53,743 nt of DNA from Octopus sinensis (GCF_006345805.1 NW_021833880.1:1-53743), one strand, 5' to 3'. Positions 37,331-51,395 are shown, counted from the stretch's first letter. Program-made: numbers and translations. Notes: generated by a model from the letters alone, not told the origin.

Positions 37331-37559
37331 TTCCGTTTTTCTTTTGTGAAAGCTAAGTTGATTTCAGATAAAGATACTCTCTTACGTAGTTCCCTTTGAG
37401 TTGTATCGTCAAGAGGCTGGCTAGGATTTCAGCTGATAGCTTCAGAATACAAAGGCACGCACACATTTGCACATACATACATACATACATACATACATAC
37501 ATACATACATACAACAGGCACACATATATATAAATACATATACACACACATAAACATTA

Positions 37560-37635
<76 letters not shown>

Positions 37636-37803
37636 AACATACTTAAATATATACATACACATAAATATATATACATATATATGCATATATACATTTATGC
37701 ATAAATACATGTTGTGGGTGTATCTATATACAGGCAGAGGAGGTGCTCCAGCATGGCTACAGTCAAAAATGGCTGAAACAAGTAAGAGAATAAAAGAATA
37801 TAT

Positions 37804-37864
<61 letters not shown>

Positions 37865-37935
37865 TATATACATGCATATGTGATATATTTATATTTGCAT
37901 TTATATTTATCTATATGTAAATACATAAACAAACA

Positions 37936-38006
<71 letters not shown>

Positions 38007-38763
38007 TTTTGACGCTCACACATATCTATGTTTCATGTCATATCATATAATATGATATCATACATTATATTATATACAGAAGCTAAAAGAAAGCATTCCT
38101 CTGAAATTCTCGTTCCCGATATCTGACGATAGTGAAAATTGGAACGTAATGCAAAAGTAAAGATCTGATTGGATAATGTAATTGATGCAAAAAGAATATT
38201 AAAGCAGACGCTATACAAAGTAAAATAAAAATATTATCAACTAAAGAATATAAAGAAGTAAATAATGGAGTGTCCATGCGATTTATCTGCCAGAGAAAAG
38301 AAGAAAGGAGAGAAAAAATTGGAAGAGGAACTTGTGTGGAGAGGAATTGCTAAAAATATGGGTACTGGCGAAGAAATGGGATAAAATCATATAGGCACAT
38401 GGTTCCGGGCTTAGTCCCACTGCATCGCACCTGGGGCAAGTACCTTCTAGAGCAAGTGCCTTGTGAGTGGATTTGGTAGATGGAAACTGAAAGAAGCTCG
38501 TCATATACATGTATATATATATAATATATAATGTATGTGTCATGTTATATATATATATCTATATATATAATATATATATATATTATATATATATATATAT
38601 ATCTATATGTGTGTGTGTGTGTGTTTTTATGTATGTATGTCATGTAGTATATGTGTGTTGTTCGTGTTTGTAACCCCAACGTCGCTTGACAACCGAGTCA
38701 GACGCCGTGATAGATTGTTAGCCACTACACACATTTTTCTCTCTCCTTGTTTTTTCTGTGTCC

Positions 38764-38799
38764 CTTTCTATAGAAGAGCGTAGTCTCGAAACGTAAAAG
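38764..38799 (+). ncRNA. Hammerhead-shaped motif with non-canonical CTATAGA core
   Basis: CTTT-CTATAGA-A-GAG-CGTAGT-CTC-GAAACGTA-AAAG. Confidence 0.35.
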
Positions 38800-39009
38800 A
38801 CTTTTTCTATTCCTGAGCGCTATACTAATACATCTGTTTGTTTTGTAGACCACCTGTTTTCGTCTTTTTGTTTTTTTTTTCGTAAACTTTCCCTATATAT
38901 ATCACGCGCTCACGTGGTCTCACTTGTTGATCCCATCTTCTCTACCACTACGAAATTTTCTCCACTTGACTTCTACCTTTACAGATACTTTACCTCTACG
39001 GATACTTAC

Positions 39010-39057
39010 CCTCTGGCTGCACCTTTGGAAACTTTATTTTTACTAATGAGTATGTTG
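39010..39057 (-). other. Candidate 48-nt exon (or 106 nt from a weaker GAG acceptor at 39115)
   Basis: ttctctcgaagtttctaaatcag|CAACAT...CCAGAGG|gtaagt, a consensus donor. Confidence 0.35.
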
Positions 39058-39394
39058 CTGATTTAGAAACTTCGAGAGAACGTGAAATAATCCTCTTTGG
39101 TGATGGTGGTGGAGTCTCGAAACAGATAAAGATATAAATAATAACGTGCAAATATTGAGTTAGAAAACCGTTCAGATGGAAAAAAATATGGAAGGCTGCC
39201 CCATCAAACATAAATTCTGCTCATAATTTGCTTAAATTGCTTGCATATTTCCCTCATATTTGGTTACTTCGATACTAAGAAGACGAAGGAGGAGGAGGAG
39301 GAGGAGGCGGTGTAGTAGTAGTAGCTGTTGTAGTAGTAAAAGAAGTAGTAGGAGAAGGAGAGGCAGCAGAGTAGTAGTAATAGTAAAAGTAGTA

Positions 39395-39477
39395 TTTTAA
39401 AATAGTAGATAGTACTAGTGGTAGTAGTAGTAGTAGTAATAGTAAAAGCAGTGGAAGTAGTAGAATATTAGTAGATT

Positions 39478-39520
<43 letters not shown>

Positions 39521-39764
39521 ACGAGGGAGAAGAAGAATCAGCAGCAGTAGTAGTAGTAGTAGTAGTAGCAGCAGTAGCAGTAGTTGTAGTAGTAGTAGCA
39601 GCAGAAGTAGTAGTAGTAGTAGTAGTAGCAGCAGAGTAGTAGTAGTAGTAGTAGTAGCAGCAGAAAGTAGTAGCAGTAGTAGTAGTAGTAGCAGCAGCAG
39701 AAGTAGTAGTAGTAGTAGTAGTAGCAGCAGCAGAAGTAGTAGTAGTAGTAGTAGTAGCAGCAGC

Positions 39765-39796
<32 letters not shown>

Positions 39797-39888
39797 CAGC
39801 AGCAGTAGCAGTAGTAGTAGTAGTAGCAGCAGAAGTAGTAGTAGTAGTAGTAGTAGTAGTCGCAGCAGCAGCAGTAGTAGTAGTAGCA

Positions 39889-39923
<35 letters not shown>

Positions 39924-39979
39924 ATAGTAGTAGTAGCAGAAGAAGTAGTAGTAGTAGTAGTAGTAGCAGCAGCAGAAGT

Positions 39980-40018
<39 letters not shown>

Positions 40019-40059
40019 CAGCAGCAGGAGTAGTAGTAGTAGTAGTAGTAGTAGCAGCG

Positions 40060-40093
<34 letters not shown>

Positions 40094-40140
40094 CAGCAGC
40101 AGCAGCAGAAGTAGTAGTAGTAGTAGTAGTAGCAGTAGTA
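39395..40140. repeat. Compound (TAG)n/(CAG)n trinucleotide array
   Basis: Seen directly; it is the source of the poly-Leu pseudo-ORF. Confidence 0.95.
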
Positions 40141-40816
40141 ATTTATTTAGTATTGGACAAGTTCGTTATTTATCATCCTCAAATCCCGTCGAGGTCATTT
40201 TGCTTGTAAAAGCCAAATTGAGGTCGTTTGAACTGACCGCACAGAGAGACGAACCCACCGTCACAAGGAACTAAACCTAATGCTCTGCCGATTCTGACGA
40301 ATACAATCATAAAAACTCCTTCAAAGCAAAGGAAATAATGAAAACACAACACAACAATTTTATGGTGAAATTTCTTTATTTGATTTTACACTCGCCCGAG
40401 TGTTAATTGCAATATAAATATGTAGTATATATATATATACAGCTATAAACACATGCACTGGAGTATATACAACAATAAACACGTGCAACCGAGTTTCAAA
40501 AGTGTGTATACATACTTTGAACTCCTGTAATGTTAGCATATGTTTAATAATATTTACAAAAAAAGGAATATAATGCATTCACAGACACACTTCGCAATCA
40601 TTTCCATTCGTGCATTTATCACCCATTTACATGTTATGCGCATGCATACTCTCGTATATACAAAATATTGTGTGTGTGTGAGTGTGTGTGTGGGGTTTGT
40701 GTGTGTGTGTGTATATGTGTGTGTGTATGTGTGTTTGTGAGTGTGCTAAAACGTAAACTTTCTCTGAGAAACCTATACATATTGCAAATTAAAAACGTAT
40801 TACACAAACAAAAATA

Positions 40817-41101
40817 CAGTAATGCCTCGATATTGAATTAATTTGTTCCCGGAGGCCGCTCGTAAAGCGAAAACTCGTAAAGCAGAGCAATAGTTTCGCA
40901 TAGAATCAAGGAAATTTTATGCCGTCTTTTTACTCCGTCGCTACATGTAGCTGTATAGACGCGTCAGAACTAGTGTTGCCACATGTTGCGACTTTGCCAC
41001 ACACACAAAATGGCTGTTTAACCCTTTTACATATATCATTAAATAAAACTCGTAAACCCGGGGTCTCGTAAAGCGGGTCTCCGTAAAGTGAAGTATTACT
41101 G
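40817..41101. mobile_element. Tigger/pogo-type MITE
   Basis: TA-CAGTAATGCCTCG ... GTGAAGTATTACTG-TA, with repeated CTCGTAAA subterminal motifs. Confidence 0.8.
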
Positions 41102-41204
41102 TATATATATATATATATATACTACCTAAAATTAAGTAAATAGCTATACATACGTATGTGTGTGTTTTTACATGTATGCATATATGCGTATGTATGTATA
41201 TATA

Positions 41205-41258
<54 letters not shown>

Positions 41259-41838
41259 CTCACGCACACAGAAGCATTCATATGTATATATATATACATA
41301 CATACGCCGCACAGTACATACACAGATACACACGCATACACTCACATGTATATATTTGCAGACACATAATTATTAGTGTATAAATAAAAAATGCATATAC
41401 CTACGTACATGTGTGTAACGCACCCTAGTATGCATAGTCTTTGTGTGTGGATGTGTGTGTGCATTATACATATGTATATATATATTTATACATACATATA
41501 TCTACACACATGTACATACATATACACACATATACACAAGCACACACAGACACATATGCATTTATATATACACCCACATATATACGTGTGTAAAACACAC
41601 ACATATATATATGTGTGTACATAGATACATACTTATGTGCAAACATGCATACATATATACAAACATATATATATATATACACACACACTCACACACATTC
41701 ACACACACACACACGCAGATACACACACACGTGTATAAATGGTTCAAAATATACAGAAAAATATGTAAACACACACACAGATAGGTAGAACAACAAACAA
41801 GGTGTATTAGTTTAACGCTCAAGGAGAATGGAAGAAGG

Positions 41839-41873
41839 GTTTAACGTTTCGAGCCGATGCTCTTCTATAGAAA
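41839..41873 (-). ncRNA. Hammerhead-shaped motif with non-canonical CTATAGA core
   Basis: TTT-CTATAGA-A-GAGC-ATCG-GCTC-GAAA-CGT-TA-AAC. Confidence 0.35.
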
Positions 41874-42017
41874 TAAATGAAAAGAGAAAACAGATGGAGT
41901 GAGAGAAAGAAAATGTATCTGAATCAACTGTTACTACATGTCAACTTGAAGTTTCGTATTGCATACTGTACCCGAGGGAGAAGTTTCCTGAACAGAAAGG
42001 CAGCGACAATAAAATCT

Positions 42018-42100
<83 letters not shown>

Positions 42101-42450
42101 GTCTGTCCACATATATGTATGTGCCTGTGTATATGCGTATAGATTTATAACCTAGATAAATGTATACTCAATACACGCAGGAGAGCATGAAAATTTATTC
42201 AACACTCACAGTTCCGTTGTAACTTTGTGTCCTCTATGTTTCGCAAACGTCTAAGCAGTTGCTAAAATATCGCTGGACAATCACTCTCTCACTCGTTTAA
42301 AGAACTATGTACAGTTTACCTGGTTTGCGCTTTTGATTTTGCACATTAGAAACTGTAGGAAAAAAATGAACTGATCACAAGTGGTAGGCTCAGAATAGTA
42401 TTTGATGTAAATCTTTATTGTATTAGGATCAGTTTTACTCCCTTTTCTCA

Positions 42451-44010
42451 CGGCTCTAGGACAATTCACCGTAAGGCATTTCGCCGTAGCACTATTCGCC
42501 GTAAGACAATTCACCGTACGGATATTTCGCCGCAAGAACATTTTGTAGTAAAGCAAAAAAAGAGGACAAAAAATATATATAATGAAGACCTTATACTTAA
42601 TTTTAAAATAATGAAGGTCATGCACTTTATTTAAAAAGTTAAGCTATAGAACTAAAAAGCTAAAGAAAGCTATAGAACTAAAAAGCTAAAAACCATGTAA
42701 ATTCATTGAAATTGCACGCATATAATGTTGGTTTTGATTTCAATCGTAACTTCCGACAATGCGTTGGTAAACATCTTTGTATTTTTTCTTGGTTGCAGTT
42801 TCTTTTTTTTTTTGCTGCATGGTTTACCTTCTTTTTAGAAAGAAATTCTTCTTTTCTCAAGACATTGAGAAGTTTCCGTAAATTTGGATGAGTATTTGTA
42901 ACAGATGCTTGTAGCGCATTATGGAAGCCTTCTACTCCATTGTTGGTGTTGGCCGGCTAATTTGGGGTTCTTTCATACATATTCCAAAGACCGATAAGAA
43001 AAGTAGGAAGAACTCTACGTCTACGAGCTCCCTTGCCTCTCTCGCCACCAATGTAATGTGTTCCAAAATATGCCGTAAGTTCTTGTGGCAAGCCATCATC
43101 ATTCACAAGCTCTATAAATGCATCGATGGTGTCTGGAGGCGGGGTGAATTACTTTTGTGTTAAAATCACAATCAATTTGATATCGCACCTTAAGCCCAAT
43201 ATCTGTCACCTTTACAGAAATGAAAAAAAAAAAAAAAAAAAAGAAAACAAACAGCCTGTCACATTTGCAGATGGAAAATTGTCTGGAAATCTCAGGAAAC
43301 TAGCTTGTTCAAAATCAATCATTAAATTTTCAGATCTTAGGAACTCGAGCAATTCTTTAACCTTTCGAAAAAAACTTATTGCCTGAGTCAAGAGTCTTAT
43401 TCGGAAGGAGACCGTAAATTCGTGGGATGCATACATGTCCTATGTTGACATGCAGAGTACATAACTGATAATAAATTTCAGGACAAACCTGTTGATACAG
43501 TTTGTATCAACACACTTCCAATAGACCTTGTCTCCATATTTTCTTTCTTGCCTATAAATAGATTCGTCTATGAGCTTACCATAACCTCTGCTACTTTTAA
43601 CATTGTATGGAATCGTAAGGGTTTAAGTTTCAAATTTTACAGAAAAATAATGTAAATAATGTCGAGGTAACCTCTCAAAATAAGCTTTTTGCTTTTGAAT
43701 TCTCAAGATAAGCCTGTTATTTTGTTTTTTTTAAATGTTAAACGACTTTCTGCTTTTAATTTCTCGTTTTAGCATTTAACGACGCAGTTTCAAATTTAAA
43801 CGACCTTTCAGTTTTTAACCGAAAATGGCTGCTGTTAATACTGTTCCTTTATCTACGTTATTTAATTAACGTAGCAATTTCAAGTTTCTAAGCTTTACGG
43901 CAAAATGTCCTTGCAGCGAAATATCCGTACGGCGAATTGTCTTAGTCCTACGAATAGTCCTACGGCCAATTGTCCTAAGGCGAATTTGTTTACGGCGAAT
44001 TGGCCGGTCA
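42451..44010 (-). mobile_element. Mutator-like (MULE) DNA transposon, internally deleted, with ~100-bp TIRs
   Basis: TIRs ~42451-42553 / ~43892-44010 are built of TTC(G/A)CCGTA repeats. Relic ORF: FLYWCH-like SRGYGKLIDE..VYWKCVDTNC; LMIDFEQA..FPSANVTGCLF; YFGTHYIGG..LWNMYERT..TNNGVEGFHNAL..THPNLRKLLNVLRKEE. Confidence 0.9.
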
Positions 44011-44108
44011 GACTTTCTCAACTACTCTTTCTACTATATTCCAAAATACTTTATTTCTATCATTCCATCAGCCTACCTACCTAATTTCTATATTATATAT
44101 AATAGGAA

Positions 44109-44163
<55 letters not shown>

Positions 44164-44343
44164 GTATATATATGCATATATAGGTTATATACAACTACCA
44201 TGCACATACATATATACAATCTGTGCATAACATACACATGTGCATACGTTCATAATAACTAAAAGTTTATATACCTTGTTTGTATGCGTGTATTCATATA
44301 TGTATGCATGTATATTGTAATATTGTATGCATATATAGATTGT

Positions 44344-44392
<49 letters not shown>

Positions 44393-45107
44393 ATATTATA
44401 TATATATACGACACTGACATATATCTAATATATCTATATATACACATCCACTTGTATATATTCATATGTGCGCTTGTGTGTTCCGTATGGGTGCGTATAA
44501 AGTATAAATGCCGATATACTTATACTACATATATATATATATATTTTTTTTTTTCTGTACTTGTTTCAGTCATTTGACTGCGGCCATGCTGGAGCCCCAC
44601 CGCCTTTTAGAGTGGTGAAAGAGTACAGCAGGGATCACCACCTCTGCCGGAGCCTCGTGGAGCTTTTAGTGTTTTTTCGCTCAATAAACACACACAACGC
44701 CCGGTCTGGGAATCGAAACCGCGATCCTCCGACCGCAGTCCGCTGCCCTAACCACTAGGCCATTGCGCCTCCTATATCATATTTATATATGATATATGAA
44801 TATTACTATCGTTTACATGTATGTATGTATATATATATGTGTCGATAAATAGAAAGATCTGTCTCTCTGTGAAAGTATGTATGAACGTATGTGTGCGTTC
44901 GTGTGTTTTTTGTGTGTGTGTGTGCGTGTGTGTATGTATGCGTGTGTTCGCGTGAATTCATACATTTACTTAAATATACGTATATTTTATTACAAGTCGG
45001 CATACAAGGGCAAATAAACATTTATAAGTTCATAAATGGATATTTATATGTATACAAAAGAAAAAGAATAGAATAAACACAATAACAACATTGATAATAA
45101 TGATAAC

Positions 45108-45160
<53 letters not shown>

Positions 45161-45174
45161 TTGTAATAATAATA

Positions 45175-45365
45175 ATCCTTTTTACTGTAGGCATAAGGTC
45201 TGGAATTTTGAGGAAGGAGGTAAGTCGATTACATCGACCCCAGTGTTCAACAGGTACTTGATTTATCGACCCCGAAAGATGAAAAGCAAGGTCGAGCTCG
45301 GCGGAATTTGAACTCAGAACGTAACGACGGGCGAAATACCGCTAAGAATTTCGTCCAGCGTGCTG
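45175..45365 (-). mobile_element. Family A SINE, degenerate
   Basis: Similarity to the family A central domain. Confidence 0.75.
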
Positions 45366-45699
45366 CCTTAATAATGATAATAATAATGATGGTGATGATG
45401 ATATCAATAATAACATTTTCCGGTATATTTATAAGGACTGTAATGTTTCATGGGGGGGAGAATAGTCGTTATGTCGACCATATAATTTAACTGGTACTTT
45501 AGTGTATCAATTCCTGATATATGAAAATTGAAAAAATGTCGACCTGGGTGCGCTTTGAGAATGTGCCGAATCGTACAGAATCGGAGCAGATAACGGATTG
45601 TATAATTATTCAGTGGATTCTAATTATTGCAGCAAAAAATGTACGGCAAAGTTAAAAGAAATACATTTAATATTTGTTTTTAAATAGCAGTTTAAATAG

Positions 45700-45838
45700 T
45701 CGTAGCTTGCTTACCAACCACATGGTAGCGGGTTCAATCCCATTGCGTGGCACCTTGGGCAAGTGTCTTCTACTGTAGCTTCGGGCCGACCAAAGCCTTG
45801 TGAGTGGATTGGTCGACGGAAACTGAAAGAAACTCATC

Positions 45839-45929
<91 letters not shown>

Positions 45930-46160
45930 TGTGTGTGTGGTGTGTGTGTGTTTGTGTGTCTGTGTCGCTGCGTGTTTGTGTGTCGCTTGACAACCGATGC
46001 TGGTGTGTTTACGTCCCCGTAACTTAGCGGTTCGGCAAAAGAAACTGATAGAATAAGTACTAGGCTTACAAAGAATAAGTCCTGGGGTCGATTTGCTCGA
46101 CTGAAGGTGGTGCTCCAGCATGGCCAGAGTTGCATGACTGAAACAAGTAAAAGAGTAAAG
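45700..46160 (+). mobile_element. CORE-type SINE (family B)
   Basis: Colinear with 6775-7175. Confidence 0.88.
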
Positions 46161-46424
46161 AGTTCGATGTTTAAATAAAATAAAATTACTTTGGGTAAGT
46201 TCTCGTCGTCGTCGTCATCATCCGTCATCACCACCACCACCACCACCACCACCACCACCACCACACCACCACCACCCACCACCACCACCACCACCAACAC
46301 CATCACCACCACCACCATCATCATTATCATCATCGTCATCGTCGTCGTCGTTCTCGTCATCGAAACAATTTAAGTTAGAGAACATTGGTTAGAATAAGAA
46401 CAACAATATTTACAATTTGTATAA

Positions 46425-46810
46425 AGAAGGTAGCGAACTGGGAGAGTCGTTAGCGAGCCGGACAAAATGCTCTAGCGGCATTTCGTCCGTCTTTACCTGT
46501 TGAGTTCAAATTCCGCCAAGGTCGACTTTGCTTTTCATCCCTTCCGGGAGGGTCGATAAAATAAGTACCAGCTGAGTACTGGAGTCGATGTAATCGACTT
46601 ACTCTCTCCTCCGATATTGCTGGCCTTGTCACGCCGAGCGAAACGCTTAGCGGCACTTCGACACTCGCTACGTTCTGAGTTCGAATTCCACCGAGGTTGA
46701 CTTTGCCTTTCAACGTTTAGGGGTCGATAAATTAAGTACCAATGAAAATCTGGGGTCGATGTCCTCGACTAGTCCCCTCCCCACAAATTTCATGACTTGT
46801 GCCTTAGAAA
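46425..46810 (+). mobile_element. Family A SINE copies, older
   Basis: Two diverged central domains. Further degenerate copies occupy 47370-48400. Confidence 0.75.
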
Positions 46811-49567
46811 GGTTATTACTGCCCTTGCGACAAAATTTGAAATCATTAATTATAATGTATGTAAAGAACAGCAGCAACAGTGGAGGCGCAATGGACCAGT
46901 GGTTAGGGCAGCGGACTCGCGGTCGTAAGAACATTGTGAGTGTTTATTGAGCAAAAACACCTAAGCTCCACGAGGCTCCGGCGGGGGATGGTGGTGAACC
47001 CCGCTGTACTCTCTCACCACAACTTTCTCTCACTCTTTCTTCCTACTTCTGCCACAAAGCAGAGGAACCATGGTGTAACCCACTTTCAGCCCTAGTCTAG
47101 ATTGCGATTCCTTTGTACTCCTAGATGGTTCAGCTCTCCACCCGTTAAAAGCCACCGTTTGCGGAATGAGGATAACAACGTAGCTTTCGCGCCCGTGCAA
47201 CCGCCAGTCTATCGCGTGTGGTGGGTGGATCTTCAAGTTGCCGCACGCATTCTTTGTAGCTTAGAGTAAGGCTCGAATTAGAGATTATTCTTTGTGGCTA
47301 ATGGCGCGAGTCCTCATTGGAAGAAGAAGATAGCAGCAACAACGACAGCGGTTACTGATCTAGGCACAACGTCAGCTCTTTTGAGAAGAGGGCTAATCGT
47401 GTTGATTGGTACTTCATTTTAATGACCCTGAATGCGATTAAAGGCAAAGTTAATCTCAACAGGATTGGCAGAACAAAAAAAGCACCTGACAAAATGCCCG
47501 GCTGTATTACTTTCGTTTACTGTATTACTTTACGATCTGAATTCAAATCCTGCTGTGGTCAACTTTGCCCTTCACCTTTCCGTAGTCGATAAAATAGAAT
47601 ACTAGTCTTAGACACTTGATGGTATTGACTTACCCTTGCTCTCAAAACTGGTGGGTCTGGGACCAAAGTGCAAACAATTACGACTAAAAGAATAGCAGTT
47701 TAAAATTTTGGCTCATGACCAGTAAATTTAGTTGGAGGGGCGAGTCAGTAATATCGATTTTACTGCTCATTTGCTACTTAATTTATCGACCCCAAAAGGG
47801 CGGGAAGGAATGTCAGCGTGTCGCCTAATAAGGATTGTGGGAAGGGGTTAAGTCGATTACATCAGTGCGTAACTGGTACTTATTTTATCGACCCCGAAAG
47901 GATGAAAGGCAAAGTCGACCTCGGAGGAATTTGAACTCAGAACGCAGCGATGGGCGAAATAGCGCTAAGAATTTCGTCCGGCGCTCTAACGATTCTGCCA
48001 GTTCGTCGCCTAATAATAATTATAATAATTATTTCTAAATTTGACGAAAAGATCACCAGATTTTGAGGGAGGGGGTTACCCATTTACATCGATCCCAGTA
48101 TCTGACTGGCGCTTTATTTTATCGACTCCAAAAGATTGGAAGACGAAGTCAATTTTGCTGATGTTTGAACTCAGAGCGTTAAGATGCAGAAGTGGCGTTA
48201 ATCATTTTTGTCCAACGCTCTAACCATTCTGCCAGCTCACCGTTTAAAGAACAACGACTATAATTCTTTGTGAAATTTTTGAGGGGAGGGGCTATTCGAT
48301 TACATTGATCTCAGGGCTCAACTTATATTTGTTTCATCGACCCCGGAATGATAAAAAGCAAAACAGGCTTTGATGGAATTTGAACTCAAAACGCAATGTG
48401 GAAATAATTACAGGAATAATGACAGAAATAGGATACCAAATATACGATGTCAACAAGAACACGGGGAAAATGCAAAAAATATGCAAAAAAAACAAAAAGA
48501 AGATTGTCCAAAAATTATAATATAATATTTGAACAAATAAATCATGTTTTTCTATTATTTAAATATCTTTTTTTTTATATTCATTCAGAATTGTCTTTTT
48601 TTTTCTGTTATGGTTTTGAGGTTTATTGTGTGTATTTTAGTAGTGTTATTATTATTATTCTTTGTTTTAAATAGATTTTTCTTGTTGTCATTTTCACTTC
48701 AATTTTTATTATTGACATGAATGTTTTTTAAGGTTACGCATTGTTCCTTCTATAAAAAATTGTTGCCATTGTATGTGTTTTTTTATTTTCTTTTTAATAA
48801 TCAATTTTATATGATTTAATTTATTTTTCAGGAGATTTCTGTCTCAATTTCATTGTATTTAGCTTTTTTGGTTTTGAATTTTAATAGTATATCACACAAA
48901 AAAAAAATACCTATTCAGATGTTTTACAGAACTGCGATAAAAAATGAGGAAAGAAATCTTCATAACCATCATCATCAACAACAACAACAGCAGCAACAAT
49001 AACAACAGTGGCAGCAGCAGCAGCAGTAGTAGCAGCAATAAAAACGATAACAACAACAGCAACAACATAAACAAATCATAAGAGCCGGTCAGGAAAAAAA
49101 TCACTCCTCATCTGGCTGGAATGCAGGGCAACGAATGTATTTTTAAAGGTTTCCGTCCCGTTTTCTTCAAAATGTAGGCACCGATTTCTATACACCTGCA
49201 ATGAAAAAATATATATTTAAATATATAGTTCTCATAACTAAATAGATTTTTGCATTTCAATATGTAAATGTATGTATGTATGTATGTATGTATGTATGTA
49301 TGTATGTATGTATGTATGTATGTATGTATGTATGTATGTATGTATATATATATTATATAATATATGTATGTATATATATACAGATCGATAGACAGATGTG
49401 CATGCGTGTGTATGTGTGTGTGTGTGCATGTCTATGTGTTCGTGTTGTATTTGTACCCTACCACCCCGCTTGACAAGCGGTATTGTTTTGTTTACCGTTC
49501 TATATATATATATATGTACGCGTACATAGATACATATCTATTTATGTATCGCTCTCCTCTCTCTCTC

Positions 49568-49621
<54 letters not shown>

Positions 49622-49711
49622 TAAAATAATATATATACTATATATAATGTGTGTATATATGTACATATATAACTGTATAGTAATATATCATAATACATAT
49701 ATTCTCTGATT

Positions 49712-49787
<76 letters not shown>

Positions 49788-49887
49788 GTACATACACCTA
49801 TAAGTATACCACACACATACATACATACATATACAAACATCGATAAGGTAGACAAACAGTCTCGTTTGTCAAGTTCAAATGTTTATT

Positions 49888-49897
49888 CCGCCATGTT
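49888..49897 (-). promoter_or_regulatory. YY1-like motif AACATGGCGG overlapping a Fox-like GTAAACA
   Basis: Motif match only, in unique sequence; the orientation fits a minus-strand TSS. Confidence 0.2.
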
Positions 49898-50565
49898 TAC
49901 ACAAAGCGAAAGTTAAAAATATTTCTCGTACCAATACCTCCACCCACGAAACTGCAATTGTTGTTGAATTCATTGTGTTGATTTCAGATTGTGTTTGTTG
50001 TAGATGCTGTTGTAGTGGTGGTGGTGGTTTTGGTGGCAGTTCTATTTACTGGTGGCTGTATTTGTTGCGGCAATAGTTATTAGAAGCTTACACTTTTTAC
50101 TCGCATCTTTGCTTCAGCCATTCGACAGCGACCATGTTGGGGCACTGTTTTGTTGTTGGTTTAGTTAAATAAAACGATATGAGTAATTATTTCTAGTCTA
50201 GAATATATTGGTCTGTTTTGACGAATTACTTAATTACGGGTGACGTAAGGAAAGCAACACCGGTTCTCAATCGGTGACGGGAAATCAGACACAAAGACAT
50301 GTGTGCCTCCCCCCGCCAAAAAAAAAAAAACACCCCAGCACACATAATTAGAAGAGAGGGCGGAAAAGCATAAATTTCTTACATCATAATTACAAAAAAT
50401 GTTTTATTAGTGACAAAGATCATTGATTCTTTACTTACTCAATTAAGATACATAATAAACACAATTAATATAAAATAATTAAAACAAAACTTTAGTTGGG
50501 GTAAGACATTGTAGATGTTATTCTTATTGCTGTTGTAGATGTCGCTGTGATATTAGTGAACACTG

Positions 50566-50782
50566 CAAGCGAGCTGGCAGAATTGTTAGCGCACCGGGCG
50601 AAATGCTTAGTGGCTTTTTGTCTGAGTTCAAATTCCGCAGAGGTCAACTTTGCCTTTCATCCTTTCGGGTTCGATTAATTAAGTACCAGTTACGCACTGG
50701 GGTCGATGTAAACGACTGAATCCCTTTGTCTGTCCTCGTTTGTCGCCCTCTATGTTTAGCCCTCTGTGGGCAATAAAGAAAC
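50566..50782 (+). mobile_element. Family A SINE (TGAATCCCTT subfamily)
   Basis: Shares diagnostic bases with unit 3 of the 28.2-kb trimer. Confidence 0.88.
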
Positions 50783-50994
50783 AGATATGAGTAACACTAG
50801 TAGCAGTTGTGGTAGTTGACGGTGTTTAGTGTAGTAGTTGGTGCGGTAGTTCGGTATTCTTAAATGGATCTACGTCTTTCTCGACGATTAATAGTTTTTA
50901 GTTGCTCGATTACTCGAACTACCTTAAGTGGTTGAATATTCCACGGACATGTCTGCTATCTTTAATGTAAATCCCCAGATAGAATGTCTGACAA

Positions 50995-51395
50995 GGTCAA
51001 ATTTTGCCACAAGGGCAACCATTTTGGGGGAGGTGGGGATGTGTCGATTATATCGACCTGCAGTACACAACTGATACTTAATTTATCGACCCCGAAGGGG
51101 AGAAAGGAAAAGTTGACCTCGGCGGAATTGGAACTCAGAAGTAGCGACGGACGAAATACCTATTTCTTTACTATCCACAAGGGGCTAAACACAGAGGGGA
51201 CGAACAAGGACAGACAAAGGGATTAAGTCGATTATATCGACCCCAGTGCGTAACTGGTACTTGATTTATCGACCACGAAATGATGAAAGGCAAAGTCGAC
51301 CTCGGCGGAATTTGAACTCAGAACGTAACGGCAGACGAAATACGGCTACGCATTTCGCCCGGCGTGCTAACGTTTCTACCAGCTCGCCGCCTTAT

